From the human T2T-CHM13v2.0 reference genome, Homo sapiens: a DNA stretch of 64,000 nucleotides. Shown here piece after piece: positions 17,210 to 40,048 of the stretch. The notes beneath the pieces were generated by a model. The model had not been told where the DNA came from. It searched no databases and saw nothing but the letters and a program-made list of their open reading frames with translations. The position numbers and the translations under genes are program-made. The stretch lies in assembly GCF_009914755.1 (NCBI RefSeq), contig NC_060926.1; one strand, given 5' to 3'. Numbering within the stretch: position 1 is the stretch's first letter; each line of letters starts with the position of its first letter.

Positions 17210-17687
17210 CTAGAAAAAAAGAGAAACACACAAAATGCAAGTGAGATCAGGCTTTCCCTCTATATTACAATATAGTTTGGACTGAATTTCTCCCGGACTC
17301 AAGTCTCACGTTGAATTTTACTTTACTAAATCTCTAGACAGGCTTGGATCTTCTGCGGAAGCCAAAGGAATTTCTCTGAGCAATAACAGCAATCTGCAAA
17401 CAAGCTGGGATGAAAAATGCTTTAGGAAAAAAGAACTCGGGTAGAAAGTAGAGACTTCAAAGAAAGCATTTATAAAATTTGTGGACTGGGTGGCCAAAGA
17501 TTAAGGTCAATGCTTCACTTGAAAACTTTTAAATATATGCTATAAAACCCCTGAAAGCGCGAACAGCCATCAAACAAAACACAACACCAGAAAAACCCAC
17601 AAAAACGAGACATGGATTACAAAAGAGCTGGAGGAGACTTTTGGGGGAGACACCACGGTTTCGCGCGGGTTTACACGTCAGTCATCA

Positions 17688-18200
<513 letters not shown>

Positions 18201-18776
18201 CTAGTATTTCCCGGCCTCGGCCAAATTCGAAGGGATTGGCCGGGGCCGGGGCGAGGACGACGCGCGGTGGGACCGACACCCGCGCCTGCGCCCTGGGCCG
18301 CGCCGCCACTGGAGCCGTGTCCTGGGCTTCCGGGGCGGAAACTGGGGCCCCGTGTCCCGTGCGGGCCTCCGTCCTCGGGCGAGCAGGGCCCTTCGCTCCG
18401 GGAGGGGAGGTGACGCGGCGCGGGCTGGACGGCCGGAGACGCGGGGTCAGGGCGCGGACGAGGGGAGCGCAGGGTCGGAGGGGCTCCCGGACGCTGCCCG
18501 CCCAGCGTCGGCTCTCGTTGGCCCCTGGCTGCGCGCAGCGGGCCCGACTCTCAGGGCCCTGCGGTGCCCGCTGCCAGCGTGAGGGCTCCGGTCACGCGGC
18601 GCGCGAGACGAACGAGCGAGATGCTTCCCGAAGCGCGGGGCCCAGTGCAGGGGCTCAGCCGGGGCTCCTCCCAAAGCTCACCTGGAGCCCAGCACGACTG
18701 CGTTCTGGAAACGCTGTGTTTGACAGCAGGGGCAGGATAGGGGGCTGTGTAGACGCTGGCCACGTGGCAATTGTAG

Positions 18777-19155
<379 letters not shown>

Positions 19156-19845
19156 GAAAAGTCCGTTTTAAAAGATGATGTATACAAATTATAGCACGGA
19201 GAGGGAACGGGCAAGTTGTTTCCTCTTTCCATGCCTCCAACTCCTCTGAAATGTGGGTCATGATGATAATAGGAAAAACTGTCTCTGCCATAGAGAGGTG
19301 GAAAAAGTCCCGCGAAGTGTCCCCGGTATCTAGAAAGCGCTCAGTAGTGTTTGCTGTTATCTTAGGGATATCAGGCTGCCTGGACATTTCTCAGGTGAGA
19401 CTTTTTGTTATTTTAGATATCTAAAATACTACTATCTATATGTGCCATATTGTCAGTTGTCAGCTAGACATCACTTTCTCTGCTTAGCAGAAGAAATGGT
19501 AGGAACTGCATTTCCCAGAATCATCTGTGTAGCCCTGGATTACAGTCTACCAGACGAGGCACTCTTACCTTTCGAGGCGATTATTCTTGGGAGGCACCCT
19601 CAGCCAGAAATATAGATGAAATTCAAAGCTGTTCTGTTTTCAGAACCACCTGCCTCTGATGTAGACCAAGAAATTGCTGGTAGCTTTCTAAGTGTTGAGT
19701 TTGCATTGGTTTTTTCCCCATGAGCTCTTGAGACCACCACCCACTTCAGTGCTTTGGGCTGAGGTCATTGGCAACAATTTCCCGGACTTTACTCCCAGCA
19801 TTTGTGTAAGCTCGCGATTATATTATCATTGCATACCTAGAGTAG

Positions 19846-20741
<896 letters not shown>

Positions 20742-21161
20742 TACCCTTTCTTCCTTTACGTCAAGCTTAGTGGTGAGACTTCCAAATGGTAATGTAAAGT
20801 AGTCTGCTGTCATGTGCCCTGTTCAGGCAGAAGCTTTAAAGGGTGTTTTGTGGTTTGGTCCCTCCCCTTCCGCCCCCAGCATGAACACAGCATGTGCACA
20901 GTGAGGGCTGGTTTTTCACCCCAGATCCTGTAACAAAGGCCCATGAAGTACAGCCGTTGTAGCTGATGGGCAGCACCAGCAAGAAGTAAACCATCGTGAT
21001 TTCGAGTCACTGAGACTTCGGGATCCTTTGTTACCACAGCACAACCTAGCGAACGCTTACAAGTACTAAGAATAGTACTTACTATTCCCTTACATAGATA
21101 AGTAATAAAAGTAATATCCTTTTTTCTGATTGATGTCTCCTTATAAAATTCCATCTTGTTG

Positions 21162-21323
21162 CCTTCCAGAGGATGAAGGGGATTGTAGTAAGGAAGACCA
21201 CCTTCCAGAGGATGAAGGGGATTGTAGTAAGGAAGACCACCTTCCAGAGGATGAAGGGGATTGTAGGAAGGAAGACCACCTTCCAGAGGATGAAGGGGAT
21301 TGTAGGAAGGAAGACCACCTTCC
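21162..21323. repeat. VNTR, 4 x 39 bp
   Basis: ccttccagaggatgaaggggattgtag(t/g)aaggaagacca at 21162, 21201, 21240 and 21279. Confidence 0.96.
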
Positions 21324-21942
21324 CGGGGCTGGGCAAGGCTGCGGTACTGTCTCTCATCAGGTCCAGGAGGACTCAGCAGGCTGATGCAGAGGGACACAGC
21401 GCATCCGCCTTGGTGGATGCATGGCTTTCCTGGCTCCCCTGGGACAGGGGAGGAGGGTGAAGATGGAGGGAATCTGGCTGGCTGGGCCTTGTGTACTGGG
21501 GGGTGGAGGGCCCATTTGACTGCAGGAATTGCTCAAGCACATAAGCACCTTGAAGTGTGTTACTAAGATACAAGAAACAGGTTTGCTTTTGCCTATTCCA
21601 GCATGGTGTACCTCTCTTAGGATACCTTTTAGCACAGGTAGCAGAATACCAGCCAGCCTCCTGTGGCTCACAGCATTAAGATATTTAATCATCTGACATT
21701 ACATGAAGTCCAGTGTTAGGCAGGCAGGAGCTGCTCCCGTGACTCAGTGACATCAGGTTGGTCCACATCCTAGCAGTTCTCTTGGTGTTCCTGCGTGATC
21801 AAAGGATGACTGCCACACCCCAGCCTGCTGACCTCAGCCCTGGCGTGGGCATAGGAGGGTCTGCGTGGCTGAGCATCCAGTGTCCTTCGTACTGCCACTG
21901 ACAGCCTCAGGCCTGATTTCCAGCACTGTCTGTCCAGGAGCA

Positions 21943-21985
21943 ATGGGAGCAAGAGTCACTCCACAAGACTCTGGAGGCCTGATAG
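21943..21985 (+). CDS. ING5: Candidate alternative ING5 first coding segment MGARVTPQDSGGLI(G)
   Basis: gcaATGG Kozak; consensus donor ATAG|gtgagt in phase 1, compatible with ING5 exon 2; usage is inferred. Confidence 0.5.
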
Positions 21986-22006
21986 GTGAGTACATCCACT
22001 TTATAG

Positions 22007-22835
<829 letters not shown>

Positions 22836-22879
22836 TTAGTGTGCTGCAACTTCCACCACGCAGGGAATAAAGTCTCTCA

Positions 22880-24695
<1,816 letters not shown>

Positions 24696-24958
24696 TCCTC
24701 ACCTGCTCCCAGGAGCTTCGAGTTGTGCTGGTACTCACTGCTCTGCTAAACTCCCAACCCTCCTTGCAGGTAGATGTGGCATGTGGACCTTCACACAGCA
24801 GGCTTGCATCCCCTACGCTCTCCGACATACCCCTTGTTGCAACCCAGCCTTGACCAGGCAGACGATGGCAAGGCCCTTTGTGGACAGACACCATACAAGA
24901 AGGAATGTGGGTCCCTGAGAGGCCCCATGGAGTGTGCTGTCCCGCCTGTTCACATTAG

Positions 24959-25168
<210 letters not shown>

Positions 25169-25588
25169 TAGTAGAGACGGGGTGTTTCACCATGTTGGCC
25201 AGGCTGGTCTCGAACTCCTGACCTCAGGTGATCCACCCGCCTTGGCCTCCTAAATTGCTGGGATTACAGGCATGAGCCACCGCGCCTGGCCCTCTCTGGC
25301 AGTTTCTAAAACAGGGTCCCTTCAAAAGGGTTTGCCAGTTTTGTGTGTGTGAATGAAAGAAGACAAATTGATCTCTGGGAGAGTTATATTTAATATATGA
25401 TATGTGAGGGCCAATAACCCTTAATAATAAAGATTTTTTTTTTTTAGACAAAATACATGAAGACCAGTTTCTACACAGAGAATCACTAAAAGATGGCCAG
25501 GCGCGGTGGCTCACGCCTGTAATCCCAGCACTTTGGGAGACCGAGGCGGGCGGATCACAAGGTCAGCAGATCGAGACCATCCTGGCTA

Positions 25589-25865
<277 letters not shown>

Positions 25866-26242
25866 TTAAAATGAAATAAATGTGATTAAAATATTTAAGG
25901 TTGGCTTTTTCCCCCCTCTAATGAGTTAGCGAAGGTTAAACATTTAAAAAGCCTGATGAAATCTAGGGTTGGCAGAAGTATGGAAAGCAACCAGTGGCCA
26001 TGCTGGTTGGTATAACCTTCCCTTTGGGCAATTCATTTAAAAGTATCAGCACTTAAAATGTGCAATACTCGGCCAGGCATGGTGGCTCACACTGTAATTC
26101 TAGCACTTTGGGAGGCCGAGGCGAGTGGATGATGAGGTCAGGAGTTCGAGACCAGCCTGGCCAACATAGTGAAAACCGGTCTCTACTAAAAATACAAAAA
26201 AAATTGGTAGGGCTTGGTGGCGGGCGCCTGTAGTCCCACCTA

Positions 26243-27177
<935 letters not shown>

Positions 27178-27505
27178 TTAGGGCTACCAAAGTGAGGTCA
27201 CAAGAGCCGGTGGCTTCCACCCCAGCCTCCTGGGACTCTGTGAGACCCGCTGCTACTGAGACTGCTGTGCTGGAGAGGCCACATGTGGGTGTTCTGGCCC
27301 ACGGTGCCAGCTGACATCAGCCTTCCAGCCACCCCAGTGATCTCTTTTCTGTCACACTGGACAGGACAGTCACCTGGTGGAGCTGCTGAAATTCCTGGCA
27401 CGCTGTCACATATAACAAAATAGTTCTTGGCGGCACGGTGGCTCACGCCTGTAATCCCAGCACTTTGGGAGGCCAAGGTGGGTGGATCACAAGGTCAGGA
27501 GTTCA

Positions 27506-27722
<217 letters not shown>

Positions 27723-28149
27723 TTAAACCACTAAGTTTTCAGGGGTCTGTAAGGCGGTGATACATAATGGGAACAGATACTTGCAGTTCTATGTATAGCC
27801 ATGTTCATTACAGCATGATTTATGATACTGAAATATTGGGAACATCTGTAAAGAGTTTGTTAAAGTCTGATACACCACTACAATGAAATAGATCTAGTCA
27901 GTGGGACAAAGCAGGGTGAGTAAAGCAGGGCCAGATGCTCACAAGGAGTATTCAGCTAAAAATGTAAGACAGGCTGGGTGCGGCAGCTTATACCTATAGT
28001 CCCAGCATTTGCGGAGGCCAAGGCAAGAAGATTGCTTGAGCCCAGGAGGTCAAGCTGCAGTGAACTGTGATCACACCACTGTCCTCCAGCCTGGGCGACA
28101 ATGTGAGATCCTGTCTCAAAAAACAAAACAGGCTGGGCTCGGTGTCTCA

Positions 28150-29102
<953 letters not shown>

Positions 29103-29268
29103 TCAAAATAATAATAATAATATAATAATCAAAAATTGGAAGTAACCAAGATGCTCTTTAATAAGTACATGGGTGGCCAGGGGCTGTGGCTCATGCCTGT
29201 AATCCTAGCACTTTGGGAGGCCGGGGCAGGCGGAACACAAGGCCAGGAGATCAAGACCATCCTGGCTA

Positions 29269-29533
<265 letters not shown>

Positions 29534-29945
29534 CTAGCTATTAAGCCACGGAAAGGCACGCTGGGACCTTAAATGCATATTGCTGAGTGAAAGAAGCCAT
29601 TCTGAAAAGGCTCATACTGTATGATTCCAATTACATGACATTCTGGAAAAAGCAAACTGGAAACAGTAAAATGATCAGTGGTTGCCAGGGGCCTCAGGGG
29701 AGGGGGAGAGGGATGAATCGGGAAGCGCAGGGGATTTTTAGGGCCACAAAACTATGCTGTATGACATGTAATGGGGGGTAGCTGACATTATACATTTGTC
29801 AAAACCTATAAGAATGCACAAGGCACTGGGCGTGGTGGCTCACGCCCGTAATCCCAACACTTTGGAAGGCTGATGCCAGTGGATCACCTAAGTTTAGGAG
29901 TTTGAAACCAGCCTGGCCAACAGGGTGAAACCCCATCTCTGCTTA

Positions 29946-30248
<303 letters not shown>

Positions 30249-30520
30249 TCATGAGGTCAGGTGATCAAGACCATCCTGGCTAACACGGTGAAACCCCCGT
30301 CTCTACTGAAAATACAAAAAATTAGCCGGGCATGGTGGCGGGCACCTGTAGTTCCAGCTACTCAGGAGGCTGAGGCGGGAGAATGGCGTGGATCCAGGAG
30401 GTGGAGCTTGCAGTGAGCCGAGCCCAGCTAATTTGAAGTCTCAAAAAAAAAAAAAGTATCAATATTGTTTCATCGATTGTAACAAATGTATCACATTAAT
30501 GCAAAATGTTTATAATAGAG

Positions 30521-30522
<2 letters not shown>

Positions 30523-30550
<28 letters not shown>
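30523..30550. repeat. (GT)n microsatellite
   Basis: About 14 GT units. Confidence 0.9.
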
Positions 30551-30551
<1 letters not shown>

Positions 30552-30759
30552 GAGGAGTATATGAGAAGTCTACTTTCTCTTCAACTTTTCAATAAACCTA
30601 AAACTGATGGAAAAATAGTCTATAATTAAATGAGGCCAGTAAGGATGCACTCAAACTGCTAACATTAGGACTGAAAGCTGAACAAGGCAATCACAGTCCT
30701 GCCCCCTGGGGAGGTGGGAAGCTAAAAGTTCCTGTATTGTTTAATTTTTTTGTTTTTGA

Positions 30760-30918
<159 letters not shown>

Positions 30919-31446
30919 TAATAGAGATGGGGTTTCTCTGTATTGGTCCGGCTGGTCTCGAACTCCCGACCTCAGGTGATCCACCCACCTTGGCCTCCCA
31001 AAGTGCTGGGATTACAGGCGTGAGCCACCACCCCAGCTGAATTTTTTTTGGGGGGGGGAGGGGTTTGCTCTTGTAGCCCAGGCTGGAGTGCAATGGCATG
31101 ACCTCAGCTGACTGCATCCTCTGCCTCCTAGGTTCAAATGATTCTCCTGCCTCAGGCTCCCGAGCAGCTGAGATTGCAGGCCCGTGCCCACCACGCCTGG
31201 CTAATTTTGTATTTTTAGTAGAGACTGGGTTTCTCCATGTTGGTCAGGCTGGTCTCAAACTCCCGCCCTCAGGTGATCCACCCACCTCATCCTTCCAAAG
31301 TGCTGGGATTACAGGCGTGAGCCACCATGCCTGGCCTGAATTTTTATAATGAACATAATAGTGGCAAAAACATTGTTTCTGGTTTTCAATATTTGACTGG
31401 GGTTTAGGGAAGAGTCCACCAAGGGGGACATAGCTTGTTTTTTTAG

Positions 31447-31551
<105 letters not shown>

Positions 31552-31992
31552 TGATCATACGGATTTGAGTCACAGCAGCTGGCTTAATATCTTTAAAAAT
31601 GCATTTTAAATAATGAAAGTACTGCTCCTTTGATCAGCTTATGCTAATTTGTGTGACCAGCAACGTTGCATCTCGGAAGTCAAGGATGTGGCTGGGGGTG
31701 GGGCGGGGGGTTCTGGGGCCTACACGTTACATCTAGTGGTCATCAGTTCTTGGGGCTCGGGGAGTCTTTGGGACGTCCTCTTGAGATCACAGGGAGTGGA
31801 GACAGGACTGGGAAGTGACACACCTCACCCATGAAAGACCTGCCAGAGATGAGTTTGATCCCCAGCTTGGGGGCGTCCAGTGGTGAAGTGGGAAGAGGAG
31901 TGACATGGGTACTGGTGAGCACTGCATGATGATGCTACACAGTTTGGAGGCAGAGAAGAATCACCCCAAAGACTAATATTTAAACACTTTAA

Positions 31993-32406
<414 letters not shown>

Positions 32407-32409
32407 TGA

Positions 32410-32655
<246 letters not shown>

Positions 32656-32831
32656 TGAGACGGAGTCTTGCTCTTGTCACCCAAGCTGCAGTGCAGTTAC
32701 ATGATCTCTTCTCACTGCAACCTCCCTCTCCCAAGTTCAAGTAATTTTCCTGCCTCAGTCTCCGAGTAGCTGGGAGTACAGGCGCCCGCCACCACGCCCG
32801 GGTAATTTTTGTATTTTTAGTAGAGACATGA

Positions 32832-32981
<150 letters not shown>

Positions 32982-33299
32982 TAAAATTTTCTTTTTTTTT
33001 TTTGAAGACAGAGTCTTGCTCTGTCGCCCAGGCTGGAGTGCAGACGCGATCTCAGCTCACTACAACCTCCGCCTCCCGGGCTCAGCCTCCGGAGTAGCTG
33101 GGACTACAGGCGTGCGCCACCACGCTTGGCTAATTTTTTTTTTTTTTTTTGTATTTTTAGTAGAGTCGGGGTTTCAACACGTTGGCCAGGCTGGTCTCAA
33201 ATTCCTGCCCTCAAGTGATCCGCCCGCCTCGGCCTCCCAAAGTGATGGGATTACAGGCGTGCGCCAGCGCGCCGGCCTTCTCCAGTATTTTTGCATGCA

Positions 33300-35100
33300 T
33301 CTTACGGCACACCTTTGCACGCCATCTTATTAACTATATCATACTGCCGCACGTGCCTTTTCGGCCAAGGCATCCAGATGGTGCGGGTCCTGCCTGCCTC
33401 GAGAGGTGGCAGCAAAGGAGCCAGTGCCCTCACTGGTGCTGGGCGGGGCGGCCGCTTTCCTCGGAGGGAAGGGGCGGCGTTGGCGGGGGAAGGGCGCCAG
33501 GGCCCAGGCCCTGAGGGAGGGGCAGCTCGCCCGGGCCACGCGGTGCCGGCCCTCGGCTCAGGCGGGGCTGAGGCCCCGGGGGCTCGCGGTCCGGGGGAAA
33601 GGCGCTGAGCCAGACAGGTCCCAAGGAGCCTTCGGGAAGGGAGGGCCTCGTGGCGGCCTGTCCGGGACCCGGCCGGGAGCAGGGGTCGCGTGGGCGCCGT
33701 CAGGACGGGCGTGAGGTCCCCGGGACCACGTGTTTGCGTTTGGTGGCCCAGGGGTCGCTGACAGGTGCGGAGGGGAGACGCCCACCTGGGTGCCCTGGGC
33801 CGCACGCCGGGCGGTGGGGCCGGGAACCCCTGCTCCTCCTCGGCCTCCGATCCGCTGCGGCCCTGGGTCCTGCTCGCTGCCCGACGCCGCTGCCACAACC
33901 TCCGCCCGGGCCCCGCAGCCCGCAGCCCGCCGCCCGCCGGAAGCTGAAAGGCGTGTCCGACCCCGCCCCCGGGCGCGACCAATCAGCGCGCGCGACTCAT
34001 GAATAGTGAGCGCGCTGGCACCGCCCCGCCCCCGCCTCCCGCGGCACCGCCCGCCCGCGCAGACCCCGAGCGCGGCCGCGGACGAAGATGGCGACCGCCA
34101 TGTACTTGGAGCACTATCTGGACAGTAAGCGCGCCCCACGGGCCCCGCGCCCGCCGCCCACGCGGAGTCCTCCGTGCCGCAGCCCCCCGCGCGCCGGGCA
34201 CCGCATGCAGACCCCGTGGGCTCGGGAGGGCGGCGGGCGCGGCCGGGCGCGACGGGGGGCGCGCGGACGGGGCGGGGCAGGGCCGCAAGGGAGGGGAGGG
34301 CGCGGGGGGCGGGCGCGGGGGGTCCCGCCGGCTGGGTCGCGCCAATTCCAGGTGCGTCACGGCGGGGCGGGGCCTGGCGATGCTGGGCGGGGCTTGCGGC
34401 CTCGACCCCGCCCACATATTAGGTCCCGCCCCTACCCAGGCCCCGCCTCATCTCCGCCCCCAGCTCCGGCCCCGGCCCCGCCAGGTCCCGCCCGTCCCTG
34501 TCCCGTCTGCAGGAGGAGCTGGCGCCCGCTGCGGGGCTCCGGGCCTTGGGGGCTCCGGGGTCTGGGCCTCCGCCTGGCTGTGCGCCCGTGTGCGCCGGCC
34601 TCTTGTGTGACCGCGGCTGGGGAGGGCGTGCGGGCCGTGGGGCGTCTCTCCCCGGCACTGGGGACTGCGGCGCGGAGGCGGGGAGGGCGGTGCCGAGTCG
34701 GCCCTGGTGGGCGGGCTGTGCTGTTTCCAGGTGGCAGCAGGTCGGCGCCCCCAGCGGCTGAGCGGACGGTGCTTTCCCTCACTTTACACACCAGGGAAGG
34801 TCCAGCGCTGCCGAGCAGCCTGCTCAGGGTCTCCCGCTCGTAGAGGGGCAGACCCCACGCGGGACCCCTGACGTCGGCCCGGGATGGGCACAGCTTTGGG
34901 GTCGCGGTGTTTGGGGTTGTGCCGGGTGGCTCTGGAGGGCCCTTGTGGGGGCGCTGCACTGGGGATCCTCATGGTCTTCGGCCTGGCACCCGCCCAGGGG
35001 CTGAGACAGTGGCGAGTGAGCCGTGGCCTGGAGCTGGAGACCGCTGCCCTAGAGGGACGCCCGATTCTGCCCATGTGCTCCGCTGTCTCTTGGGGGTCTG
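33300..35100. promoter_or_regulatory. CpG island / ING5 main promoter and first intron
   Basis: Dense CpG; CCAAT at 33979, CCGGAAG near 33937, many GC boxes, YY1-like AAGATGGCG over the ATG; G-run clusters at 34255-34325 with G4 potential. Confidence 0.9.
34088..34124 (+). CDS. ING5: ING5 exon 1: MATAMYLEHYLD(S)
   Basis: Strong Kozak aagATGG; ING-family N-terminus YLEHYLDSIE; donor gtaagc. Confidence 0.97.
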
Positions 35101-36485
35101 AGTAGTGGGGGGTTCCCTGGGTAGAAGAGTCAAGCTGGGGAGCACGCTGGAGGGGAGGCCTTCTCTATCCTGGTGCCCAGCCAGTGGGCTGGCCTCCCAA
35201 GGAGGGTTGACTTTGTGTGTGTCTGGGAGGCTGTGCCAGCCGGGAGGCTGTGCCTCTGTCCTCTAGGGGAGCTGGGAAAACACTGGGGCTGGAAGCATCA
35301 GATGCATAAGATAGAGTTAGGTTTAAAATGATTGCCTGGTAACTGTGAACAGCAGATGGGAGGGTGGCCAAGACTGGAGGAGGCAGCCCCCCTTAGGAGC
35401 CTGTGTCAGCTGTGCAGGGGGCGGAGGTTGGCCTGGTCTAGGGGGTAACAAAGCAGACGGGAAAGCAGCACGGGGGTCCTCCTGGCAGACTGTGGGGAAT
35501 GGTTGCGCTAGCCACAGGGACTATTTAAGTAAAATTAAAAATTGAATGGCGTTAGTCCCATTTCCAGTGCTCAGTAGCTCCCTATGGCCACCACTGTCTT
35601 GGGCAGCTCAGAGAGAGAACATTTCTTTTCTTTTTCTTTTTTTGATTTTTTTTGAAATGGAGTCTCACCCTGTTGCCCAGGTTGGAGGGTATGATCTCAG
35701 CACACTGCAACCTCCACCTCCCAGGTTCAAGCAATTCTCATGCCCTAGCCTCTCGAGTAGCTGGGACTGTAGCTGTGCACCACCACGCCTGGATAATTTT
35801 TGTATTTTTAGTAGAGACAGGGTTTCACCATGTTGGCCAGGCTGGTCTTGAACTCCTGACCTCAACTGATTTGCCTGTCTTGATCTCCCAAAGTGCTGGG
35901 ATTACAGGTATGAGCCACCACGCCCATCCGAGAGAGGAAACATTTCTATCCTTGCATAAAGTCGCGTGGGCAGCGTGGCTACACTGCTCGATGCACTGGA
36001 TTTCTGGGTAAAGTAGGGGAAGATCAAGGAGGACCCAGGGGATTTTGGCTTGAGCCTTGGAAGATGCTGCTCACTGAGGGGGGGCAGCCTAGAGGGTGGG
36101 GTCAGTTGGCCTCCCCTGCCTGTGCTGTTGGTTTCCAAGTTTCCCTCTCCCTTCTTTGACTTCTGACAGCTTCCGAAGTGTGCACACAGCCTCTTGTCAG
36201 CACTGTTTGGTACCTGCATCTAAAAATGAGATCACAGTCCTTCCGCTCCGCAAACCCTGACAGAGACAGAATACAGAGTGGGCTTGTAGACTTGAAGTAT
36301 AAAACTTTTGGCCAGTCCTGGTGGCTCACACCTGTAATCCCAGCACTTTGAGAGGCCGAGGTGGGCGGATCACCTGAGGTCAGGAGTTCGAGACAAGCCT
36401 GGCCAACCTTGTGAAACCCCGTCTCAACTAAAAATACAAAAACTAGCCGGGCATGGTGGCATGTGCCTGTAATCCCAGCTACTCA

Positions 36486-36590
<105 letters not shown>

Positions 36591-36676
36591 TCAAAAAAAA
36601 AAGACAGAAAACCTTTGGAGGTGAATTTTTGTCTTGCTGCTGAGAGGTACATGGCTTCTGTGTTTTTGCGTTTCAG

Positions 36677-36748
36677 GTATCGAGAACCTTCCCTGCGAAC
36701 TTCAGAGGAACTTCCAGCTGATGCGAGAGCTGGACCAGAGGACGGAAG
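36677..36748 (+). CDS. ING5: ING5 exon 2: [23 protein letters not shown]
   Basis: Acceptor tttcag, donor gtgggt; 72 nt, phase 1/1. Confidence 0.97.
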
Positions 36749-37341
36749 GTGGGTTCAGACCTCTCCATACAACCAGAACTGAGTTCTGACAGGTGGGAGC
36801 CAGCAGCTCCTGAAGGCTGGGGGCAGAGGGTTTTGAGGGGACCCAGGTTAGTGGGGCATTGGCCTAGCCCTGGGCCGTGGGTATCACTCAGTGTCTTGCA
36901 GTAGGTGTTGATACTTTTGAAGCCACATTGTTTCTTGGGTTCTTACACATCTTTATATCACGTTTTTATAACCATCACCCTTTCCAATCAAAATATTTAT
37001 TGCCAATTTTTTCTTTTAAATATTTTCAATTTTCAAAGTGTGTAGTGCGTGCATTGTTTTAAAAGTTTGGTAGTACTTTTTGGCCGTTTGATATTTAACT
37101 CCGTTTCTTTTTTTTTGAGACGGAGTCTTGCTTTGTCGCCCAGTCCGGAGTGCAGTGACGTGATCTCAGCTCACTGCAAGCTCTGCCTCCTGGGTTCACA
37201 CCATTCTCTTGCCTCAGCCTCCTGAGTAGCTGGGACTACAGGTGCCCGCCACCACGCCTGGCTAATTTTTTTTTTGTATTTTTAGTAGAGACGGGGTTTC
37301 ACCGTGTTAGCCAGGATGGTCTTGATCTCCTCATCTTATGA

Positions 37342-37635
<294 letters not shown>

Positions 37636-39001
37636 TAGCCAGGATGGTCTTGATCTACTGACCTCATGATCCGCCTGCCTAGGCCTCCCAAAGTGCTGGG
37701 ATTACAGGCATGAGCCACCGCGCCCGGCCCTTAAACTCCCTGTTTCTAAACAACATGTTTTTGTTGCTGTTTCTTATTTTATCTCTCGTCAGTTTTAGAC
37801 GTTGTTCAGACGTATATGGCACAGGCAGCTGTACTTCTCCAGTGGCCCCCACACCCTCACATGCCCTCACCTGGCTCCCCCATCTCCTGGCTGTAGGTTG
37901 TTAGAATTTGTGGTGAGACCAGTGATGGGACTTCCATTGGGCAGCTGTGTAGGTACTTTAACACTGAGCCATGCCACCTGCTGTGCTTATATGACCTCTT
38001 TGGAATAACTTTGTGTATTTCTTAGAGTTACTCATGGCCCTGTTTGTTGGCTTTGTTTTCTGCATTCGACCCTTGTCTCCCCAGCTGGGCTTTTCCTTGT
38101 GGTCTGTCAGGCTGTCTACCCTGACAGTTCTGTGTGTGCTTTCTTTCCGCAGAGCCCTCTGTCCTGGAGGCCACAGTCCTGATTGTTTCCATGCCAACTG
38201 CACACTTGTTGCCCTGAGGTTTTCCTGGGATCTCCTTTCACCCCTCTTCAGTGTGGGACCCTCTTCCCTGAATCTTAAATGTCTTCTTTTTGCCCTTGCT
38301 CTCCTGTTTTGATAGAGCCTTTCCTTTGGTAGGTTCCTGAAAAAAAGGCACATAGGAAGGTAGATTTTCTTGGCCAGGCACGGTGGCTCATGCCTGTAAT
38401 CCCAGCACTTTGGGAGGCTGAGGTGGGCAGATCACCTGAGGTCAGGAGTTCGAGACCAGCCTGATCGACATGGAGAAACCCCGTCTCTACTAAAAATACA
38501 AAATTAGCCGGGTGTGGTGGCGCACGCCTATAATCCCAGCTAATTGGGAGGCTGAGGCAGGAGAATCACTTGAACCTGGAGGCGGAGGTTGCACCTGGAG
38601 ATCGCACCATTGCACTCCACCCTGGGCAACAAGAGCGAAACTCCATCTCAAAAAAAAAAAAAAAAAGAAAAAAAGGAAGGTAGATTTTCTTGTAACATTG
38701 CATGTCTGAAAATGTGTTTGTTCTAGCCTCATACTCAGCTGATAGTTTGGTTGGGTATAGAATCCTAGGTTGACAATTGTTTTCACTCAGGAAGTTGGCG
38801 ACATTGCTGCCTTGTCTCCTAGCTTCCACGTTGCTGCAGAAAATCTGGTGCCGTTTGGATTCTTGGTCCTTTATATGTGTGATCTATTTTTTTTTTGTTA
38901 TTCCTATTCAGAAGCTTTTGAGATGTTTCCTTTATCTCTGAAGTTTTAAATTTCATGGTAATGTGTTTTGGTGTGGCAATTTTTTTTTTTTTTTTTTTTG
39001 A

Positions 39002-39533
<532 letters not shown>

Positions 39534-39922
39534 TGAACTCCTGACCTCAGGTTCATCCACCCGCCTTGGCCTCCCAAAGTGCTGGGATTACAGACGTGAG
39601 TACCACACCCGGCCTGGGCACATGTTTTGCAAGACTGAGATAGCTGTGTTTTTTTCCTTAGGTACAGCATCTTGACTAGGGAATACAGAGAGTTATTTTA
39701 TTGTGAAATGTAACATATATTCAGGAAATGAATGTGCAACAATTATAGATTGCTTAACAAATATTACCAGGTGAACCTCTCTGTTGTCTGCTACCGAGAT
39801 GGAGAAATCAAGCCCTTTGGCACCTGAAGGCCTTTGTGACCCTCCTAGTCATGACACCCCTCCCCAACCAAGGGGTGACCATCCTGAGTTTGGTGACAGT
39901 CACCTTCCACCTTTAACAGTAG

Positions 39923-40048
<126 letters not shown>

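Noticed and set aside
21162-21323. Regularly spaced direct repeats as a possible CRISPR array (also 63583-63780)
   Set aside because: Head-to-tail units with no unique spacers, no cas genes and a human context; these are VNTRs
33302-34959. Several 175-285 aa ORFs on both strands over the ING5 CpG island, including an upstream ATG at 33999
   Set aside because: Expected in very GC-rich DNA; only 34088-34124 matches ING5, and the 33999 ATG probably lies upstream of the TSS
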